The notes under the pieces: model-generated
Databases searched by the model: none
The model's input: the letters and a program-made list of their open reading frames with translations, nothing else
What the model was told of the DNA's origin: nothing
Shown: piece by piece, positions 35,699 to 45,243 of the stretch
How the letters are laid out: each line of letters starts with the position of its first letter
Position numbering within the stretch: the stretch's first letter is position 1
Translations under genes and position numbers: made by a program
Virus record (IMG/VR): IMGVR_UViG_3300006922_000005
From: a virus
Taxonomy: Duplodnaviria; Caudoviricetes
DNA length: 64,000 bases
Reading direction: 5' to 3' (one strand)

Positions 35699-38092
35699 AT
35701 GCCATATCAAATAGATAAAACAGACGGAACAGTACTAGTAACATTAGCCGACGGAGTTGTAGATAATTCAACAGACTTACAACTTGTAGGTAGAAATGTT
35801 GCAGGCTACGGTGAGCAACAAAATGAAAACTTTGTTAAGTTATTAGAAAACTTTGCAAGAGCAGATACACCACCAAGTAAACCGCAGGTTGGCCAATTAT
35901 GGTTTGATAAAAATGCAGACAAACTTCGTCCAAGTGTGTTTGATGGAGTACATTGGCGTAACCTTTCAATTACACAAGTTTCAGCAACAGAGCCACAAGG
36001 ACAAAAAGAAGGTGACCTATGGTGGGATACTGTAAACAATAAATTATATGTTTTTGTTGCAGACGGTAATCAACACGTATTAGTAGGTCCTGAAAGTATA
36101 TTAGGCTTTGGTAAAACAAAGTGGGAAACAACTAAACTTACAGATACATCAGCAGGTGAACATCCAGTTAGTATTGGATATGTTGATGGTAGTGCATATA
36201 TGGTAATGGCAGATACTGCATTTGAAATTGATCAAACAGTAACACCTTTAACTGGATTTACAAGAATAGGCGAAGGCCTAACTTCTAAAGGAACAAACAT
36301 TGACGGAGTAACATCAGGAACTACAAGATTTTTTGGTACAGCAGGTGATGCAGATAGACTAGGCGGACGTTTAGCAAGTACATGGGCAAATAGAAACGAC
36401 AACGAAATTATTACAGGAACATATAGTTTTCAAAATGATGGTGGTATTACAATAGGTGATACACTTGAATTAAGTTTAAAAGTTATTAATGCTAACGAAC
36501 CAAGTATTTTTGCAGAGTTTGGAGACCAATTAAATTTAGGTGTTAACTATTCAGGTAGTGGATTTGATAAAACAACAATTTACTTAAAAGAAAAAAGTGT
36601 GTTACCTTATGCTAACAACGAAGTTAGTTTAGGATCTCCAAGTAGAAACTTTAGAAACGTATATGCAACAGACATTTATGCAAACTTTATTGGTACACTT
36701 GCAGGATCTATGGTTGGTACAACAACAGGTGCTAACAGAGGTCCACTACAAGATAGTTCAGGAGCGACAGTTATTGATCCAGACACAGGATTATCTTACA
36801 CAATTAACGTTGGTAATTCACAAGCAACAAACGGGTTAACAGTAGTAGATGTTGATGCAACTACAACAGCACCGATTGTACCAACTAGTGCAGGAACACT
36901 TAGAGGTAGATTTGAAGGTTCGTCTGCATTTGTTGATTACGGAGTTTATACTAATCAAAATAATGTATTAGCAGGATCAAACACTTATAACGGTACATCA
37001 GTTTTTAACGGAAGTTCTACGCATACAGCATTAACTTCAACAAACGTAAACTTATCAGTTGGTAGAATTGGTAGAGGAGCAATTACAAGTCCTAATCCAG
37101 ATCCAAACACTACTATTGGAGATTTATTAATTGATAGAGTAACTATTAACGAATCTAAAATACAAGATAGTGATATAAGAGCAGGAACAATTACAAACGG
37201 TACTGTAATTGACGGAGCCGACATTGGCCAAAATGCACCAGCAATACAAGTTAAAGCACAAAAATTTGTTGATGCTGTTGGAGCAGAAGTAACACGTATT
37301 AGTGATGATGGACAATTTTTACAAAACAGTACAACTAACCTTGTTACTGAACGTGCTATTAAAGAATATGTAGATACAACATTCCAGTCAACAGGACAAG
37401 ACATACAGTTTTATCTTGATACTAAAGATATGACAACATCAGATGTTGGAACACAACTTACAAGACTTGCACCACCTGAAAACTTCAAAGAAGGAACTAC
37501 AGCAAGAATTTTAGGTAGTTATTATTATGGCGATTTAGGAACAGATAGTAGCGGACAACCTTTCTTTGTAAAGAAATATGGTACTACTGTTCAAAGAGGT
37601 ATTGGTTATATTGGAGGACGAACTGTTACTAGAGCAATTGGTGCAGTACAAGGATTAATTAATAAAAAATCTGCAACACAAGGTTATGAATTTCAATTAA
37701 GTGCAACAGGAAGCATTACAACTGATACTCAAACACATAATCCAAATACAAATCAAGGTGACTTTACACAAAAATTAGGTAATGGTACTATTGACGGTTG
37801 GTATGTATTTCCAAATGCTCCATTAAACGGAGACCAAGCAGATGAATTTTCAACTGATGCAGTACAAGGTGCAAAAGTAGTTGTAGTAAGAAATGGTCTA
37901 GTAGAAACTTATAGTTCAAGTGACAGTATTTTACAACTAGTAGTTGGCAACGTTACGTTTACTAGAGCGGCGGCTAGTTACTGGAATGGTACAGTTAGCC
38001 TTGCAGGATATGCAGTGGCAGTACAAGGATATGCATTTGATAGAACTTCAAGAACAAGTTCTGCGGCATGGGTATATAGGGGTAATATTTAA
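35699..38092 (+). CDS. Tail fibre paralogue 3
   Basis: Shared N-terminal module; TERAIKEYVD; C-terminal LAPP...TARIL shared with paralogue 2. Confidence 0.85.
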   Translation: MPYQIDKTDGTVLVTLADGVVDNSTDLQLVGRNVAGYGEQQNENFVKLLENFARADTPPSKPQVGQLWFDKNADKLRPSVFDGVHWRNLSITQVSATEPQGQKEGDLWWDTVNNKLYVFVADGNQHVLVGPESILGFGKTKWETTKLTDTSAGEHPVSIGYVDGSAYMVMADTAFEIDQTVTPLTGFTRIGEGLTSKGTNIDGVTSGTTRFFGTAGDADRLGGRLASTWANRNDNEIITGTYSFQNDGGITIGDTLELSLKVINANEPSIFAEFGDQLNLGVNYSGSGFDKTTIYLKEKSVLPYANNEVSLGSPSRNFRNVYATDIYANFIGTLAGSMVGTTTGANRGPLQDSSGATVIDPDTGLSYTINVGNSQATNGLTVVDVDATTTAPIVPTSAGTLRGRFEGSSAFVDYGVYTNQNNVLAGSNTYNGTSVFNGSSTHTALTSTNVNLSVGRIGRGAITSPNPDPNTTIGDLLIDRVTINESKIQDSDIRAGTITNGTVIDGADIGQNAPAIQVKAQKFVDAVGAEVTRISDDGQFLQNSTTNLVTERAIKEYVDTTFQSTGQDIQFYLDTKDMTTSDVGTQLTRLAPPENFKEGTTARILGSYYYGDLGTDSSGQPFFVKKYGTTVQRGIGYIGGRTVTRAIGAVQGLINKKSATQGYEFQLSATGSITTDTQTHNPNTNQGDFTQKLGNGTIDGWYVFPNAPLNGDQADEFSTDAVQGAKVVVVRNGLVETYSSSDSILQLVVGNVTFTRAAASYWNGTVSLAGYAVAVQGYAFDRTSRTSSAAWVYRGNI

Positions 38093-38580
38093 TGTATGAA
38101 GTTGTTGATAACTTTATAACAAATGTTGATGGAATTATGGAACTGGTTAAACAACACGAAGCAGAAGGGCGTTTTACTAATAGAGGAATTGGTGGAACAG
38201 ACACTCATGCAACTGTGTATGGTGAAAGTCATTTTTCTAGTCTATATGAAAAAAATATGGATGAGAAATTAGTTGAAACAGTTTGGGAAACTATACCTAA
38301 AGAACGCAAGTGGTGTTCACAGATTGTTGTAAACAAATATAAACCTGGTGATTGGTTAATTAGACATCAAGATAGTGCAGGTGGGTATTGGAAGTTTATG
38401 CTAGTGTTTTTAACACAAGGTAAGCCTCATTTTAAGTATTGGGACAAAGATGAAAAAGAACATTTAGTCCAAGAAGTAAAAGGTGCAATGTTTAAAATGC
38501 CAATTGAAACTTGGCACGAAGTAACAAAAATAGAAAATGACGAAGAACCCAAGTATAGTCTTTGTCTAATATGGGAATAA
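38092..38580 (+). CDS. 2OG-Fe(II) dioxygenase
   Basis: VNKYKPGDWLIRHQD (HxD)...WHEVT...KYSL. Confidence 0.8.
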   Translation: MYEVVDNFITNVDGIMELVKQHEAEGRFTNRGIGGTDTHATVYGESHFSSLYEKNMDEKLVETVWETIPKERKWCSQIVVNKYKPGDWLIRHQDSAGGYWKFMLVFLTQGKPHFKYWDKDEKEHLVQEVKGAMFKMPIETWHEVTKIENDEEPKYSLCLIWE

Positions 38581-38584
38581 GGAT

Positions 38585-39061
38585 ATGGCAAAAGAAAAAT
38601 TTAAATTAATGTTTAATGCCAAAAACGGAACACTCTTAGGACATCTTCCTAAGGGCATGGACACTTTTGGTTTAGATCCTGCAGAAGTAAAAATAAGGAC
38701 TGTACAATATGATCCTGAACAAGAAGTCTTCATAGGAACTTATGCAGATGGAAAAGTTATTAAGATAAGCGATGCAGATGACGGCAAAGCATTTATTGAT
38801 GAAGAGGTATTAAATGCAGGAGTGCAAGATGACATTGCTGAAAAATACCCAATGCATAGACAACTTAATATTATTATTGATATGTTAGATAAGTGTGATT
38901 ATCCTAATACTCCAGAATTTAAGGAAATGGTAGAATATATTAAAGATTTACGTGAAATGAATAAAACACGTAAAGAGCAATATAAATCTAGCGATGCATA
39001 CTTTTTTGCAGATAAAGAACTTTCTAAACTTGATCGCAAGAAACGTATGGGCGAAGCATAA
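38585..39061 (+). CDS. Hypothetical protein, possible tail fibre assembly factor
   Basis: 158-aa ORF between tail fibres; YPMHRQL motif. Confidence 0.6.
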   Translation: MAKEKFKLMFNAKNGTLLGHLPKGMDTFGLDPAEVKIRTVQYDPEQEVFIGTYADGKVIKISDADDGKAFIDEEVLNAGVQDDIAEKYPMHRQLNIIIDMLDKCDYPNTPEFKEMVEYIKDLREMNKTRKEQYKSSDAYFFADKELSKLDRKKRMGEA

Positions 39062-39063
39062 GG

Positions 39064-39069
39064 TAAATA
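39064..39069 (+). promoter_or_regulatory. Late promoter core TAAATA
   Basis: Upstream of GAGGA RBS and the 39089 start. Confidence 0.5.
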
Positions 39070-39088
39070 CTGCAAGTAGAGGAAAAAC

Positions 39089-40837
39089 ATGCCATATATT
39101 ATTAATACATACAACGGACAACAAATTGCAGTAGTACAAGACGGTACTGTAGATAGTACTACAGATATTAAACTTGTAGGTAAAAACTATGCTGGATTTG
39201 GTGAAATCATTAATGAGAACTTTGTACACTTATTGGAAAGTTTCTCAGGTGCTAATCAACCACCTAACCCTTTAGCAGGACAAGTTTGGTATGATAGTGC
39301 TAACCGTGTTATTAAGTTTTATGATGGTAATAGATTTAGAATTGCAGGCGGTGCTGAAATTGGACCAAACCAACCAGTAGGTTTAGCACGTGGAGACCTT
39401 TGGTGGGAAACAGATGGTGAACAACTATATGTTTACAACGGTGAAGATTTTATTCTTGTTGGTCCTGTAAGTACAGGTGGTGAAGGTGTATCACAGGTTA
39501 CTTCAAGAGTAGTAAAAGATGTTAGTGCAAACGACAGAACAATATTAACTTATACAGTTAATGACGCAGTAATGGGTATTACTGCTAAAGACGAATTTAT
39601 ATTAGATAGTTCTAAAAATCCTATTGCTGGATTTAGTTCAATCAAAAAAGGTTTTAACCTAGCAAACGAATCTTCAGTTCCAGGTATACGTTATCACGGA
39701 ACAGCAGTAAATGCAGATAACTTAGGCGGAATTCCAGCGGCACAATATGTACTTAATAGTGGACTACAAAGTTTTGCAGATCAAGTTAAATTTTTAGGTG
39801 ATGAAGGACTAACTGTAGGTGCAGGCGAAGATTTAAAATTACACATCACAAGTGGTGATGTTGGAAACCTTACTAACCAAGTAGGTAATGCAATACAGTT
39901 TCAAGTTAATACAGGAACAGGTGCGGCAGTAGTTGCAAAGTTTAATCAAAATCAATTTTTACCAGCAACAAATAATACAGGATCATTAGGATCAATTAGT
40001 ACACGTTGGGCAAACGTCTATTGTGGAAATATTGATATTGATTCAACAGGAGTATTAACTGGTGACGTAACAGGTAACTTAACAGGTAACAGTGCAGGTA
40101 CACATACTGGAGATGTAGTAGGTAACGTTACTGCAAGTACAGGAACAAGTTCATTTAATAACCTTACTGTAAACGGTACATTAACTGCAACAGTACAAGG
40201 TACATCAGATGTTGCTAACAAATTAGTAGTAGATGCAGGTACAGCAAGAGAAGCAAATACGTTGCTTGTAAATAATAGTATTGTTGCTAGAGATTCAAAC
40301 GGTGATATTAACGTAAACATCTTAAACGGTACTGCAACTAACTCACAGGGATTAAATGGTGCTAGTGCAAGTACTACTGCAACAGCAGGTACTATTGCAC
40401 AAAGAGATGGTAATAAAGATTTAACAGCAAGAAAGTTCTTAGGAACTGCAACCGCGGCACAGTTTGCTGACTTGGCTGAAATATACAAATCAGATTTAGA
40501 TTACGAACCAGGTATAGTTTTAATATTTGGTGGTGATGAAGAAGTTACAACAACTGACAAGTTCTGTGATCATAGAATAGCAGGTATTGTTAGTACTGAA
40601 CCAGCACACTTAATGAATTCAAATGCTGAAGGTGTTGCAGTAGCACTTAGAGGTAGAGTTCCGTGTATGATGGAAGGTCCTACTAAAAAAGGTGACCTGG
40701 TTGTAACAAGTCCAAAAAACGGAATAGCAACTTGCTTATCAGCAGATAGTGCTTTACCTAGTTCAATTTGTATCCTAGGAAGATGCTTAGAAAACAATAA
40801 TGAGCAAGGTATTAGACTAGTAGAAGTTGTAGTTTAA
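39089..40837 (+). CDS. Tail fibre paralogue 4 with C-terminal intramolecular chaperone/autocleavage domain
   Basis: Shared N-terminal module; ADLAEIY...IAGIVSTEPAHLMN...VALRGRVPC...KGD C-terminus. Confidence 0.85.
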   Translation: MPYIINTYNGQQIAVVQDGTVDSTTDIKLVGKNYAGFGEIINENFVHLLESFSGANQPPNPLAGQVWYDSANRVIKFYDGNRFRIAGGAEIGPNQPVGLARGDLWWETDGEQLYVYNGEDFILVGPVSTGGEGVSQVTSRVVKDVSANDRTILTYTVNDAVMGITAKDEFILDSSKNPIAGFSSIKKGFNLANESSVPGIRYHGTAVNADNLGGIPAAQYVLNSGLQSFADQVKFLGDEGLTVGAGEDLKLHITSGDVGNLTNQVGNAIQFQVNTGTGAAVVAKFNQNQFLPATNNTGSLGSISTRWANVYCGNIDIDSTGVLTGDVTGNLTGNSAGTHTGDVVGNVTASTGTSSFNNLTVNGTLTATVQGTSDVANKLVVDAGTAREANTLLVNNSIVARDSNGDINVNILNGTATNSQGLNGASASTTATAGTIAQRDGNKDLTARKFLGTATAAQFADLAEIYKSDLDYEPGIVLIFGGDEEVTTTDKFCDHRIAGIVSTEPAHLMNSNAEGVAVALRGRVPCMMEGPTKKGDLVVTSPKNGIATCLSADSALPSSICILGRCLENNNEQGIRLVEVVV

Positions 40838-40843
40838 GGTATC

Positions 40844-40935
40844 TTAAACGCATTTTAAGCGTCATACAGCGGTGTTATATACTATATGCTACAATTATGT
40901 TGTTTGCTGTATAACGTTAAAATAAGACGGTTTAA
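40844..40935. terminator. Long imperfect inverted repeat at convergence of the late and early arms
   Basis: TTAAAC/GTTTAA, ATTTTAA/TTAAAAT, TACAGC/GCTGTA nested arms between convergent stops. Confidence 0.5.
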
Positions 40936-40938
40936 ATG

Positions 40939-41598
40939 CTATAGTTCTTGTACTAACGGAAAGATTTTAGCAATAACTTTGGCACAAGCATGTGCAATAT
41001 CCATATGTTCTTTTTGTGTGCCGTTGGCACCACGCAACTCAATATAGTGAACCCAACTACGTAAACTACCATTCATATATAATGTAGTTTTTGTAATACC
41101 TTCGGGTAATACTTTACGTGCTTGTTCTTTTGCAATACCTTTTTTGATTGCCCAATCGTATTCTTTTTTGGCTAGTACTGCAATACGTCTTTGTGCATGT
41201 TCCCAATCAAGTTGTAGTTTTGCATCATCAACATCAATAGAATTTTGTCTGTTCTTTGGATCTTGTAATCGTGCTTCTGAGTATTCGAACATATCGCCTT
41301 GATCTTCAGGATTAGCATAACGCTGACTAAACTCTTGGAAAGCAAAACTTCTATGTCTTACAATTTGGTGTGCAATATCACGTGTAGTTTGAATTTCTAA
41401 ACAAGCACTTACCATTTCTAAAGGTGACCAATGTGCATGTTTAATTAAGTACTTGATAAGTTTTTCGTTAGTTTCTTTATTCATTTGATTGCTTGGGTTA
41501 CTTACCCTAGCACAAAAGGCAATTAGATCTTGTACATTATCTAAATCATTTTTAAAATCTTGTGTTGGTTGTGAATAACTTACTAGGTTAACTTTCAT
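40939..41598 (-). CDS. thyX: FAD-dependent thymidylate synthase
   Basis: HWSPLE and RHRSFAFQEFSQRY ThyX motifs. Confidence 0.97.
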   Translation of the reverse strand: MKVNLVSYSQPTQDFKNDLDNVQDLIAFCARVSNPSNQMNKETNEKLIKYLIKHAHWSPLEMVSACLEIQTTRDIAHQIVRHRSFAFQEFSQRYANPEDQGDMFEYSEARLQDPKNRQNSIDVDDAKLQLDWEHAQRRIAVLAKKEYDWAIKKGIAKEQARKVLPEGITKTTLYMNGSLRSWVHYIELRGANGTQKEHMDIAHACAKVIAKIFPLVQEL

Positions 41599-41985
41599 TT
41601 ACTTCTTCTTTCCTTTTTTCTTTGCTTCAGCGTTTTTACGTTTGATTGTTTTGTTTACTTTCTTAGTAAAAGCATTTCTTGCTTGGACGACTTGTCCTTG
41701 TAGATTAGTCATATCAACTCTAAAATCAATATGCTCAACATTGTTACCATGTTCTCTAATTAGATTGTTTACTCTTAATGCGGCCTCTTGTAGATGTCCA
41801 CTTTGAGCAAGGATATTAGGTACGTCGATTACTATCTTATTACCTTTTTTTAGATTAAGTGTGAGTTCTCTTATATATTGAACAGGAAGGCTTTCGATTT
41901 TGATTTCATCGATAACGCCTTCCCATTCTGGATTGTTTGTCTCATCACCGTGGAGTATTATTCGTCCAGGGTTCTTTTCGTCCAT
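41599..41985 (-). CDS. Hypothetical protein
   Basis: 128-aa ORF coupled to neighbours. Confidence 0.7.
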   Translation of the reverse strand: MDEKNPGRIILHGDETNNPEWEGVIDEIKIESLPVQYIRELTLNLKKGNKIVIDVPNILAQSGHLQEAALRVNNLIREHGNNVEHIDFRVDMTNLQGQVVQARNAFTKKVNKTIKRKNAEAKKKGKKK

Positions 41986-42572
41986 TATGCACTAGTCTTA
42001 GTTTTTTTAGCAGTAGGCTTTGGAGCCAATTCTTCTGCTTTCTTACGAAGTTCTTGTACTTCTTTATATAGTGCATCAGCATCTGCTCTATATTTTTTAG
42101 CAAGATCTTCGTCAGTCATAATGCCTGCATCACCTGCAGGAATTTCATTTGCTACGGCAACTGTTTTACCAGGTTTTCCATCTTCACCGATTGCAAGTTC
42201 ATCAATACCAACGCCTCTTTGATCAGCAATAATTTTATTCAACTCATCTAGTTTAACCCATGAGTCTTTAGTTGTTGCTGGAGTCATTGTTACTTCACTT
42301 GTTGGAACTTTTTGTAAGTGTCCTTTAGCATGTAATGAAGGTAACATAGTACTACCATCTGAAAACTTACGAACGTTTAAAATTGTCGCAAATTCAAATG
42401 CCTGTTGTGCTTCTTCTTTCATAACTAATGAATCAAGTTCATCATGATATGTTTGTTTTAATGCCGCGGTAGGAATCACTAAAGCGTTAGTTGGTTCACC
42501 CGGAAGTGTTCTCATTGCAACTAATACCTTTGTTCCGCTAGTACCTACTGTGCCTACGTGCTTAACTGTCAT
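41985..42572 (-). CDS. Hypothetical protein with C-terminal coiled coil
   Basis: 195-aa ORF with AGGAG RBS. Confidence 0.75.
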   Translation of the reverse strand: MTVKHVGTVGTSGTKVLVAMRTLPGEPTNALVIPTAALKQTYHDELDSLVMKEEAQQAFEFATILNVRKFSDGSTMLPSLHAKGHLQKVPTSEVTMTPATTKDSWVKLDELNKIIADQRGVGIDELAIGEDGKPGKTVAVANEIPAGDAGIMTDEDLAKKYRADADALYKEVQELRKKAEELAPKPTAKKTKTSA

Positions 42573-42575
42573 AGT

Positions 42576-42896
42576 TTACTCCTTAGGAGCCTCTGCTACT
42601 GGAGCAGGAGCCGCTGTTTCTGGTTGAGCAGGTGCACTTGTTGGTGCTGGTGCTTCACCGTCTGCTGATTCTGTTTTAGGCGTAATTGCCGCTAAGAAAG
42701 TATCTAGTCTATTGTAAGTACGACCAACAACTTCCATTTCATTTGGCTTGTATGCACCACGTTGACTTGCAACGTCGATGATTGCCTTTAATGCTTGTAG
42801 ATCTTGTACTGTAAGATCCGGTGCACCTTTTACTGGTGCTTCTGACTGAGGTGCTTCTGCTGTCGGCGCCTGAGTCGTTTTATTTTCGTCTGTCAT
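42576..42896 (-). CDS. Hypothetical protein
   Basis: AGGAG RBS; LTVQDLQALKAIIDVASQRGAYK core with Pro/Ala-rich flanks. Confidence 0.75.
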   Translation of the reverse strand: MTDENKTTQAPTAEAPQSEAPVKGAPDLTVQDLQALKAIIDVASQRGAYKPNEMEVVGRTYNRLDTFLAAITPKTESADGEAPAPTSAPAQPETAAPAPVAEAPKE

Positions 42897-42941
42897 TTAA
42901 GTTAACTCCTTAATTAAGTTTGTTTGTTATAACACTAGTAA

Positions 42942-43250
42942 TTAGTATGTTGCTAGGCTCTCGGTATGCAAAACTGAGCAACCCAAACTAAACATAGTTG
43001 ATTCAGAACCTTGTTCAAAACCAACCTTATATACAATTTCAACCTTGTTATCTACTAGTTCTGTATCACTAATGATACAAAATCTTCCGCTTAGATTGTT
43101 GTAAATCCATTGTCTACAAGCCTCTATATTTGATGTAATGTCCCATGGGTTACCTTTTATTATTACAGTAGTCCATGCTTTTGGACAAAAGTTTATTTCA
43201 CGTATTTCTAACACATTTAATGGATTAGGTTTGTCGTGTAAAAACCTCAT
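42942..43250 (-). CDS. Hypothetical protein
   Basis: 102-aa ORF overlapping the VWA gene stop. Confidence 0.7.
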   Translation of the reverse strand: MRFLHDKPNPLNVLEIREINFCPKAWTTVIIKGNPWDITSNIEACRQWIYNNLSGRFCIISDTELVDNKVEIVYKVGFEQGSESTMFSLGCSVLHTESLATY

Positions 43251-44536
43251 GCCGCCATTTCTCTTTTATCATCGTAATGACAAGTAATACCATGCGGTGC
43301 TTCAATTGAAGTATCAGAGTGTATAACCCAAATTGTATCACAATAGTTTTCGTCACCCCAGTTCCATGAGTAACCATCTGTGAATACAATTAGTTTTTTA
43401 GGTTGAATATCGTTCTCTTTCATATACACCCAATTAGCATCAAAGTCTGTACCGCCACCACCGTGTAGTTCGTAATCTTCAATAGTTACACCTGAGTCTG
43501 GTGTAAAGTCTTGTTCGTTATACACTTCAGTATCAAAGCACCATACTTTAATTTTGTAATCATCATATTGATCACAAATGCCTTTAACTTCACTTAAGAA
43601 GTCTTGTGCTTCTGCATTAGCAATTGAACCTGACATATCAAGTGCAATAGCAATATCAATTGTTTGATCAAAATCCATACCAGGAAGTATTGCACCTGTG
43701 TGCCATGCTTTACGTGATGGACGCATAAATGTATAGTTACTCTTAATAACACTTTGAATCTGTTGATTAAGTAGTTCACGCCAGTTCATTTTAGGCTCTG
43801 TAAGATCTTTAATCAATCTTGCTACACCTTTAGGAACATTGCCAACACCAGCCGCCTGTGCCGCTGATACCATTGCTTCTTTCATTTCGTCACGTATCTT
43901 TTTTAATTCTTCTTTTGAGTAAGAAGGTTGCTTACCTTTACCACTTTTACTCTTTTTAGTTTTACCTGCAGGACCTTGTCCTTTACCTTTTTCCCAATCA
44001 ATATGTTCGTCAAGCAATCTACCTAATTGTTGTAGTTGTTCTTGATCATACTTTTTAAAAATGTCATCGTATACTTCTTCTGAAGCCCAACCATAATATT
44101 TTGCATCGTGAAATGGTTTTACTTGTGTAATTACTTCTCCAATATTATGACGAATCAAATCACCGTTAACACAATAGTCAGCGGCAATGTTATAAATTTG
44201 TGCATCACGGTCATCTCTACGTGTAAAGTGATCATAAACACAGTGTAGGATTTCATGTCCAAACAAGAATTCAGTTTGCTTTTGATTAAGACTGTTTACA
44301 AAGTTTTCATTGTAATAAAAGTTTTTACCATCAGTGGCGGCAGTTGCACACCAGTCTGTTGCATCAATAATTTTAAGACGTGTTGCTAAATTACCAAAAA
44401 ACGGCTGACGGATTAGCAATGCAATTCTTGCAGTTGTTAATCTTTCTTTTACTTTATTACTATCGACAGCAGGATCTTTATCATAGATCTTACCATCTAA
44501 CATTGTTTGTTCTACTGCGGTTGTTTCTTGTGACAT
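43247..44536 (-). CDS. Metallopeptidase-like (HExxH) + VWA domain protein (DUF2201-like), MoxR partner
   Basis: TAATDG, GHEILH, MIDAS DMSGSI, GGGGTDF, FTDG. Confidence 0.9.
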   Translation of the reverse strand: MSQETTAVEQTMLDGKIYDKDPAVDSNKVKERLTTARIALLIRQPFFGNLATRLKIIDATDWCATAATDGKNFYYNENFVNSLNQKQTEFLFGHEILHCVYDHFTRRDDRDAQIYNIAADYCVNGDLIRHNIGEVITQVKPFHDAKYYGWASEEVYDDIFKKYDQEQLQQLGRLLDEHIDWEKGKGQGPAGKTKKSKSGKGKQPSYSKEELKKIRDEMKEAMVSAAQAAGVGNVPKGVARLIKDLTEPKMNWRELLNQQIQSVIKSNYTFMRPSRKAWHTGAILPGMDFDQTIDIAIALDMSGSIANAEAQDFLSEVKGICDQYDDYKIKVWCFDTEVYNEQDFTPDSGVTIEDYELHGGGGTDFDANWVYMKENDIQPKKLIVFTDGYSWNWGDENYCDTIWVIHSDTSIEAPHGITCHYDDKREMAA

Positions 44537-44568
44537 ATTTTTGCTCCTAACTTTCTAACTATACTTAC

Positions 44569-44596
44569 ATTATAGCATCAACTAGGTATTTGTCAA
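44569..44596 (-). promoter_or_regulatory. Sigma70-type promoter for the VWA gene
   Basis: TTGACA-16-TATAAT followed by AGGAG RBS. Confidence 0.75.
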
Positions 44597-44597
44597 C

Positions 44598-45173
44598 CTA
44601 AAATTGTGCTAAAAAGTCTTGTTGCATCTTCTTTTTAGCGTCTTTGTATGACTTAGATTCTACTAGATCTTGTGGGTTATACTCACCCGGAACGAATACA
44701 TATTGTACCATATGACTTGGCAGTTTGGATGTTTTTAAACCATCACCTGCGTCAACTACAAAGTTAATTAGGTCTTGTTTGGCAATAACTGCCGCACTAT
44801 CAGTATCGCATATTAGTAAAAAGTCTGCATATCCTGGTGGTAATGTTCTTCCAGCACTTGATCCTCTACTGTTCATTAATTGTAAATCGGACACGTTCTT
44901 TTTCTTTTGCTTCTTCTTACGAGTAAACAAACTACCTTCGGTATATTTCATTTCGATTGTTGATGCTTCAGGACCAATATGATCTACACCCTCTAGGTTA
45001 ACATATACCATTTCATTATTGCTAAACAGTTCTAAAGAACGTTCTAGTAAATCACTTTTATCAAAGCGAAGTTTACGTTCGTTGAGTTCATCACCAATAG
45101 TTTTAACTAGTGTGGTATACTTGTTCCAGTCGATGTTTTCTCTTAACCAAATTGCGAGATCTACTGTTTGCAT
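44598..45173 (-). CDS. Hypothetical protein, possible PD-(D/E)xK nuclease
   Basis: GVD...IEMK spacing resembles a restriction-endonuclease active site. Confidence 0.45.
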   Translation of the reverse strand: MQTVDLAIWLRENIDWNKYTTLVKTIGDELNERKLRFDKSDLLERSLELFSNNEMVYVNLEGVDHIGPEASTIEMKYTEGSLFTRKKKQKKKNVSDLQLMNSRGSSAGRTLPPGYADFLLICDTDSAAVIAKQDLINFVVDAGDGLKTSKLPSHMVQYVFVPGEYNPQDLVESKSYKDAKKKMQQDFLAQF

Positions 45174-45205
45174 TTTTAAAATCCTTTTTACTTTATACTG
45201 TAATT

Positions 45206-45234
45206 ATTATACTTGATTTTATTTCAAAGGTCAA
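45206..45234 (-). promoter_or_regulatory. Sigma70-type promoter
   Basis: TTGACC-17-TATAAT. Confidence 0.75.
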
Positions 45235-45243
45235 CTGAATTGG

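Noticed and set aside
8548-40797. Many antisense ORFs of 60-217 aa within structural genes (e.g. 34193-34846, 40018-40488)
   Set aside because: Shadows of Thr/Ala/Val-rich sense genes; low-complexity translations, no RBS or motifs
31825-40837. Diversity-generating retroelement acting on tail fibre tips
   Set aside because: No reverse transcriptase and no ~100-nt TR/VR pair differing only at adenines was seen; repeats are short N-terminal paralogy
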